A DNA stretch of 63,979 nt, filler included, from Malassezia furfur (taxonomy: Eukaryota), in NCBI GenBank assembly GCA_052055015.1. It is 17 parts of 17 records of this genome, joined end to end, with 100 filler letters (N's around TTAATTAATTAA, not from the genome) between each part and the next. Parts side by side here need not be neighbours in the genome. Positions count along the whole stretch, not along the records: positions 57,224 to 60,882 come from JBQJIT010000745.1; positions 60,983 to 63,979 come from JBQJIT010000820.1; 15 more parts are not named here. One strand, written 5' to 3'. The first letter of the stretch is position 1, and each line of letters begins with the position of its first letter. The translations under genes were made by a program, and so were the position numbers. This document shows, piece by piece, positions 57,224 to 63,979 of this stretch. Below the pieces are notes generated by a model. That model was not told where the DNA came from and made no database searches. It saw nothing but the letters and a program-made list of their open reading frames with translations.

Positions 57224-60200
57224 AGCGCAAGCGCCAGCTCGAGGCGCACGCCGCCGAGCTCGCCAAGGCGCGCGCCGAGACGCGCGCGGCCGAGGAGCGC
57301 CTGCGCGCCCTTGCCGAGGACGCGGCGCGGCGCGAGCAGGCGGAGCGCGAGCGGGCCATGGCGCGTCTTGTGCCGGGCCTCGTGGCGCAGTGTGCCGGCG
57401 TGCTGGCGCGCAAGGCGCACGACGCACGCACCGCGCAGCTCCGGCGGCACGCGTCCGCGCTCGTGCCGCTGCAGGCGCACGCGCGCGGGGCGCTGGTGCG
57501 CCGTGCCCAGCGCGAGGAGCGCGCGCGGTGGGCGAGTGCGCACGACGTCGCGGCGCTCGTGGCGCTGCAGGCGGCGCTGCGTGGCGAGCTCTTCCGCCGT
57601 GCCTTTTTCCAGCAGTTCGAGGCGCTGGACGCCGCGGAGCTGGGCACCGTCGGCTTCCAGGCGCACGCGCGCGGCGCACTCGCGCGGCGGCGCATCTTTG
57701 CGGTGCTGCTCGGCGCCGAGCGGCGCACCGAGGTGTATGTGCGGATGCAGGCGTGTGTGCGCACGGTGCTTGCGCAGCAGCGCCTGTTGCAGCGCGTGCA
57801 GGCGCTGCGCAGCGACATGGACGCCGTCGCGCACTTCCAGGCGCACGCACGCGGCGCGCTGGCGCGGCGGCGGCACCAGGCGCAGCAGCGGGCGCTTGCG
57901 CGCGTTGAGGTGGTGCGGGGTGTGCAGCAGATGCAGACGTCGCTGCGCGCCGCGCTGCAGCGGCGCAAGCACCACGAGCTGCGCAAAGAGATGCGCTACG
58001 TGCAGCCGGACGTGACGCGCATGCAGGCGGCGATCCGCGGCGCGCTGGTGCGCGCCGAGTTCCGGTGGTGGGCGCAGCACCTCGTGCAGAGCGAGCCGGT
58101 CGCGGTGCACCTGCAGGCGCTGGTGCGCGGCACGCTGGCGCGCCGCGCCTTCCGGCGCGCCTACGGCCACTACTTTGCGCACATGCGCGACGTGATCACC
58201 GTGCAGAGCGTCGTGCGCGCGCACCTGCAGGGCGCGCACTACCGCGCGCTGCGCACGGACCACCCGCCGCTGTCGGCGGTGCGGGCGTTTGCGCACCTGC
58301 TCGACGCGAACCACGGCGAGTTTGCCGAGGAGGTGGCCGTGGAGCAGCTGCGCACGCAGATCGTCGCGCGCATCCAGCAGAACAAGGCGACCGAGGCGAT
58401 GGTCGCCGAGCTCGAGACCAAGAACGCCATCCTGATCCGCAACAAGATGGGCATCGAGGAGGCCGCCAAGGAGCGCACCGAGCGCGGGCTGCTCGGCCAC
58501 GCGACGCACCGCGCCTCGGTGCTCGCCGAGGCACGCGACCCCTTCTCCGAGCACGCGCAGGACCGCCCGACCGCGCGGCGGCGCGAGCTGTACCAGGGCC
58601 TGTTTTACCTGCTGCAGACGCGCCCCGCGTACCTCGCCAAGCTCGTGGTGCTCACCACGGCGTCCACGACGCTCCCCGACGCGGACCGCGCGCAGTTCGA
58701 GCAGACCGTGCTGCTCCTGTTCAACTACGCACAGCAGCCGCGCGAAGAGTACTGGCTCCTGCGCCTCCTCCAGCGCGCGCTGCACGAGCACCTGCACGGC
58801 GCGCCGAGCCTCGACGCGTTTGTCACGTGCGACGCCGCGTTCCAGAAGCGCGTGGTGCACTACTCCAAGGGCGTGCGCGAGCGCGCCTACCTCGCGCAGC
58901 TCCTCGGCCCGCTCGTCCAGCACGTCGCAAGCGACGCGCAGCTCGACCTCGAGACCGACCCGAGCGTGCTGTACCGCCAGAACTATGCGCGCGAGCACGC
59001 CGCGACGGGCGCAGCGCCCGCGCGCGCGCCCGACGCCGACTTTGACACGGCACTGAACGACGCGGCGACGCGCACCCTGTTCATCCGGCACCTCCAGGCG
59101 CTCCGCACGTGCACCGAGCAGTTCCTCGGCGCGCTGCGCACCACGGCGTCGGCGATGCCGTACGGCATGCGCTACGTCGCGCGCGAGTTGGCGCGCGCGC
59201 TCGCGGTGCGCTTCCCCGACGCGTCCCACGACGCGGTGCTGCGCGCGGTGGGCGAGGTGATGTACTACCGCTACATCCACCCCGCGGTGCTCGCGCCCGA
59301 GAGCGTGCTCGACGCATGCCCGGTGCTCGATGCGGTGCCGCGGCGCAACCTCGCGGTGATCAGCCAAATGATGCTGCAGCTTGCGCGCGGCACGCCGTTT
59401 GGCGACGACGAGGTGCGCCTCCAGCCGCTGAACGAGTACGTGCTGCAGGCCGCGCCGCGCTTCCAGCGCTGGATGCAGGAGCTGATCGACTCGTGCGTCG
59501 ACCCCGAGCTGCACTTTGGCGTGGACGAGTACACGGACGCGGCGAGCGTGCACAAGCCGCTCATCTACATCTCGCCCAACGAGATCTACGCGGTGCACCA
59601 GCTGCTGTGCAACAACCTCGCGAGCCTCGTCGAGGGCACCGACGACCCGCTCGCGCAGCTCCTTGCCGAGCTCGGCCCGCCGCCCGTCGCGGCCAGCGCC
59701 GAGCTCGAGGCCGCGCGCCAGGCGGAGGTCGCCCTGGAGCTCACCCCCGAGCTCGCGGGGATGCGCGACCCGGACGCCGAGGCCAAGAGCCTGTTTGTCG
59801 AGACCAAGCGCCTCGTGCTCGCCGTGCTCAAGGTGCAGACCGCGCCGGACCTCCTTGCGCTCTTCCTCGCACCCGTCACCGAGAAGGACGAGGCGCACTG
59901 GGACGCGCTCCTCGCCGCACCCGCCGCCCAGCCGCTGGCCGACATGCACGAGCTGTCGTTTGCGGAACTGAAGGCCACCGCCCTCGAGAACCTCGTGCGC
60001 CTCGAGCAGATGGGCCGCGTGCGCCGCAGCGACGCATTCCAGGCGATGCTCGACGCGCTCGCCCTCGACATCCGCACGCGCCACCGCCGGCGCCACGCGC
60101 GCCGCGCCGAGCAGCAGATGCTCACCACGACGCTGCACAAGCTGCACGAGCGCGACGCGTTTATGCGCACGCAGATCGCCGAGTACCAGCGGTATGCGGA

Positions 60201-60606
60201 CCAAACGATGAAGACGATGCCGCGCCGGGGGCACACGTTCACGATGCCCTTTACGCGGCAGTACTTCCACCGGCGCAGCCTCAAGGCCGCCGGCGTGCTG
60301 CCCAAGTTCGGCTCGTACAAGTACACGGCGCGCCGCCTGATGGACAAGGGCATCCTCGTCGCCATCGACGCGCCAGAAAACATGCACGTCGACCAGGTGA
60401 CGGTCACCGTGTCCAGCGACGAGCTCGGCGTGTTCCTGCTCGAGGCCGCCGTGTCCCACGTCCCGGCGGGCTCCTCCAAGGTGCGCATCGAAGAGCTGCT
60501 CGAGGCCCAGTACAACGGCCACCAGACCATTGCCATCCTGGACCGCGCGCTGATTTTCGACGTGAACCAGTTGGTGCAGTGGATCAACAAGAAGTTCTAT
60601 GCGTAG
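57224..60606 (+). CDS. IQG1: IQGAP-family protein (IQ repeats, RasGAP, RasGAP_C), 5' truncated
   Basis: Many [LFM]QAxxRG repeats, LFYLLQTRPAYLAKL, MPYGMRY, YYRYIHPA, PKFGSYKYTA and terminal KKFY. Confidence 0.95.
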
Positions 60607-60649
60607 CGATACCCTCCCTAGTTCTCTCCTCCCTTGGTTGCCCGCACGC

Positions 60650-60882
60650 TCAGATCGCCTTGTCGCCGATCGTGGCGCGGATGTCGGTGCGCAGCGTCGC
60701 GAGCTCCGCGTCGCGCGCCGCACGCTCTTCGGCGCGCGCCAGCCAGTTCCACGCAAGCGCCAGCGCAAAGTAGGTCACGGTGCTGTACGCAAGCACCCAC
60801 GCCATGGGCGCCATCACCTCGCCGTACACCAGCCGGTGCTTGCTGGGGCGCCGCGCACCGCCGTAGCCGCCAGGCGCACCGC
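60650..60882 (-). CDS. Small single-TM mitochondrial protein, Ina17-like, 5' truncated
   Basis: Reads ..HRLVYGEVMAPMAWVLAYSTVTYFALALAWNWLARAEERAARDAELATLRTDI..* (TM plus short coiled coil); absent from the ORF track. Confidence 0.5.
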
Positions 60883-60982
60883 NNNNNNNNNNNNNNNNNN
60901 NNNNNNNNNNNNNNNNNNNNNNNNNNTTAATTAATTAANNNNNNNNNNNNNNNNNNNNNNNNNNNNNNNNNNNNNNNNNNNN

Positions 60983-62252
60983 AGAGCCGGCCAAGTCGAC
61001 TGCGCCGACCGAGGCGGCCGGCTCTGCAGCGCCGGTGCCGCTGGTCGCCGTCGAGACGCCGACCGAGGAGCGCAAGGAGCCGCCGCTCGCGGTGTCGACG
61101 TCGCCCGAGGCGCCCAACCACGCGACGCCGTCGCCCGTGCAGCCGCTCACGAGCGTGCCGGACGTGCAACTGTGGAAGCTCAAGTGTTCGATCCCTGCGC
61201 ACTTTGACTCGGTGCGGGCGGTGGTGTTTGACTACAACGCAGACCGTCTGTATACGGCCTCGGACGATGCGACCATCAAGCACTGGAGCATCAAAAACGA
61301 GTCCGAGGGCATGTCTGCCGACTTGCTCTCGACGCTCCGTGGCCACGAGGCGGGCGTCACCTGCCTTGCGCTGTCCAAGGAGCGCCGGGTGCTGTACAGC
61401 GGCAGCTTGGACGCCACGGTGCGCGCGTGGACGCTGCCGGCGCCCGGCGAGGCCGCGGAGCCGAGCACGAGCACCGTGCTGGCCACCGTACCCAAGGCCG
61501 CATGGGGCTTGGCCCTCTTCCCCTACGGCGGCCAGGACGATGCGCTGCTCGGCAGCGTGTCGGCCGATGGCTCGGTGCGGCTGTGGTGGACGGACAGCGA
61601 GAGAAACGAAAAGCTGCACCTCAGCTGGGACTACTTTGGCACCGATCCCAGCGTTGAGACGCTCGAGGAGCGTGCACAGATGGGCACTCTGCCCGTCCCC
61701 ACGTCGATCACGGCGGTGCCTGCGAGCCTGCGCGTGTGCGCCGTGAGCTTCTCGAACGGCGTGGTGAAGACGTTTTCGCTGGAGACCGGGCAGGAGCTCA
61801 AGCGGCTCGTGTCGGGGACCTTGGCGAGCGCCGAGTGTGCGAACAAGCACGCCAACATGGTGGTCGCGCATCCGACGCTGCCGCTCGTGGCGACCGCGCA
61901 AGAGAACAGCTATATCCACATGTACGATGTGATGACGGGCGCGTGCACCATGTCGCTGCACGCGCACGGCGACAGTGTGTCGTGCATCGACATTGACCCG
62001 TCCGGCCTGACGCTGGTGAGCGGCAGCCACGACTGCACGGTGCGCTTCTGGGACATTGGGAGTCCCGAGTCGCGCGACGGCGCCGAGCCGGGCGCGCTGC
62101 ACGCGTCGCAGTCGCACTCGGCCGTGTGCTTCCAAGAGATCCGGCCGCACGAGGTCAAGGCGAACGAGGGGGTGCTGTCGGTCGTATACCATGCCTCGGC
62201 GCCGCTCGTCGCTACCGCTGGCGCGGACGGCTCAGTACGATTGTTCGGATAA
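60983..62252 (+). CDS. Striatin/Far8-family WD40 C-terminus, 5' truncated
   Basis: HFDSVRAV..TASDDATIKHW, VVAHPTLPL, LVSGSHDCTVRFW and HEVKANEGVLSVVYH..ATAGADGSV. Confidence 0.85.
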
Positions 62253-62328
62253 CTGCGTAGTAAAAACATAATTGTCTCTTACGAGACACTCTTCTCTGAT
62301 CATGATTGTCATCCTTACTGCAGGGACC

Positions 62329-62359
<31 letters not shown>

Positions 62360-62745
62360 TTCGTATGCTACCCGAAGGTGCACAAGCCTATGTGCTGAGC
62401 GCGGGTCGCTCGTTGGGATTTTGGGCGCGAATCACCGACCGAGCAAATTTGGCCGTTGCGTGTGTCGGCTGACTAACTTGACCCGCGGCGTGCGATTGGC
62501 AGGACGGGCCGGCCGCGGGGGTCGGCACGCTTACCAAGCTGCAGGGGCACGCGGCGCGAGGGGCGGACAGGTGGGCGCGCGCCGACGGCGCCTTTTTTCC
62601 GCGTCGAGCAAACTTCCAGGTCGCCCTGCGCCAGCGAGCTTTGGCACCGCGTGCATTGACGGTTTCTACGTTGTGCCGAATCTTTGGTCTGCCCCACGCG
62701 GGGGTTCGTGAGTGAAAGCCAAGGCGGTACGCGAACACGGGCACC

Positions 62746-63979
62746 ATGCCCGACCAAGACCTCTTACAGTCGTTCGACTCCCTTCACGTCGGGCGCGCGA
62801 CGTCGCCGGCCGCGCCCCACGCCGAGGGCCGCGCAAAGGACCTGTCCTTTGCGCCCAACAGCGCCCCACTCGACGCCCCGGTCTCCTTTTCTCCCTTCCA
62901 CCAGCCGCGCACGCTGCCGACGGCGCCCGAGGGCGGTGCGCCGAACCTGTACGCGTCGCGCTTCCAGCACCTGTTCGCGAACGGCGTGGGCCCCGTCGAC
63001 AGTGGCGCACACGCCGACGCAGAGGCATTTGCACAGACGGGCCTCGCGCCACCCGCCACGTCCGAGCTGGGCGTGAATGCGGGCTTTGACGCGGCGCCTG
63101 GCGCGGCGCCCGGCGGGCGCGCCGGGGTGCCGTTCTTCTCACACACGTGGGCGGCGCCGAACGCGGCGGCGCCCGGCGTGTCGTTTGGCGCGCCCGGCTC
63201 GGACCGCAGCGGCGCACTGCCTGCGTCGAGTGCACTGCCTGCGCCACTGCAGCTCGGATCGGGCCCCATCCGCTTTGGGTCGCAGCTGCCGAGTGCGCCG
63301 GCGCCTAGCAGCGGCGAGAGCGACATCATCCCAACAGCGATCGTGATCAAAAACATCCCCTTTAACATCAAGCGCGAGCAGCTTTTGCATGTCATTGTAC
63401 GTCGGGTTGACTAACGCAGCGTGATCTGGGCATTCCTGTGCCATACGCCTTCAACTACCACTTTGACCAGGGCATCTTCCGCGGCCTGGCGTTTGCCAAC
63501 TTCCACTCGCCCGCCGAGGCGAGCGAGGTGGTCTCTGCGCTCAACGGGCTCGACGTCAGCGGGCGCAAGCTGCGGGTCGAGTACAAAAAGGTGCTGCAGG
63601 CCGGCGAGAAGGAGCGCATCGAGAAGGAAAAGGCGATCAAGCGCATGCAGATGCCGCACGGCGGCGACAAGGAGCGCAAGAAGGACAAGGCACTCGCGCC
63701 CGAGCTCGCGCACCTCCCGCCGCTCAGCGTGTCGCCTGTGCCGCGGCGCATGGCGTCGCCCAACTCGGTGCTGCTCAACGGCCTGTCGCCGCCGTCGAGC
63801 ACCGCGTCTGTGTCGCCCAACGCACACAAGGAGGGCAAGGGCGGCGCCGACATGGGCGCGAGCGGCGCGCACGTCCCGTCCTTCCCGCGTCCGCACGAGG
63901 CGCTGAACGACGCGCCGCTCGACCTGAACGACGCCGAGACGCTCGAGATCTACTCGCGCGTGCTCCTCTTCCGGGACGA
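62746..63979 (+). CDS. PIN4: RRM(-R3H) RNA-binding protein Pin4/Cip2, 3' end runs off the window; 23-nt intron 63397-63419
   Basis: IPTAIVIKNIPF, PYAFNYHFDQGIFRGLAFANF, GRKLRVEYKKVL and DLNDAETLEIYSR. Confidence 0.88.

Noticed and set aside
55253..62252. Apparent clustering of STRIPAK subunits (SLMAP-like, striatin); likewise ARPC4/ARPC5 and SAM50/MDM34
   Set aside because: Each lies on a different contig ordered only by length, so co-occurrence is coincidental.

Overview
This is eukaryotic (fungal) DNA. It consists of 17 unlinked contigs of about 3.7 kb, sorted by decreasing length and joined by 100-nt artificial spacers (N44-TTAATTAATTAA-N44), so adjacency across spacers means nothing biologically. 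High GC, extreme gene density, tiny introns and the protein sequences point to a Malassezia-type basidiomycete yeast (inference). About 33 mostly housekeeping genes are recognisable, many cut by contig ends, including adenylate cyclase, chitin synthase, COG4, RRP9, RNR2, CHD1, SAM50, MDM34, IQGAP and striatin. I see no RNA genes, transposons or CRISPR arrays. Most notable: (1) many ultra-short 21-28 nt spliceosomal introns, with in-frame stops in 5 of the 6 whose length is a multiple of 3; (2) a recurrent CACGTG box in very short, often bidirectional promoters; (3) one contig that is a 1.85-kb-arm fold-back whose inner arms differ mostly at synonymous sites, suggesting two haplotypes of a hybrid or diploid; (4) a >1200-aa His-periodic 11/22-residue repeat protein. 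All gene identities come from motif recognition, not database searches.
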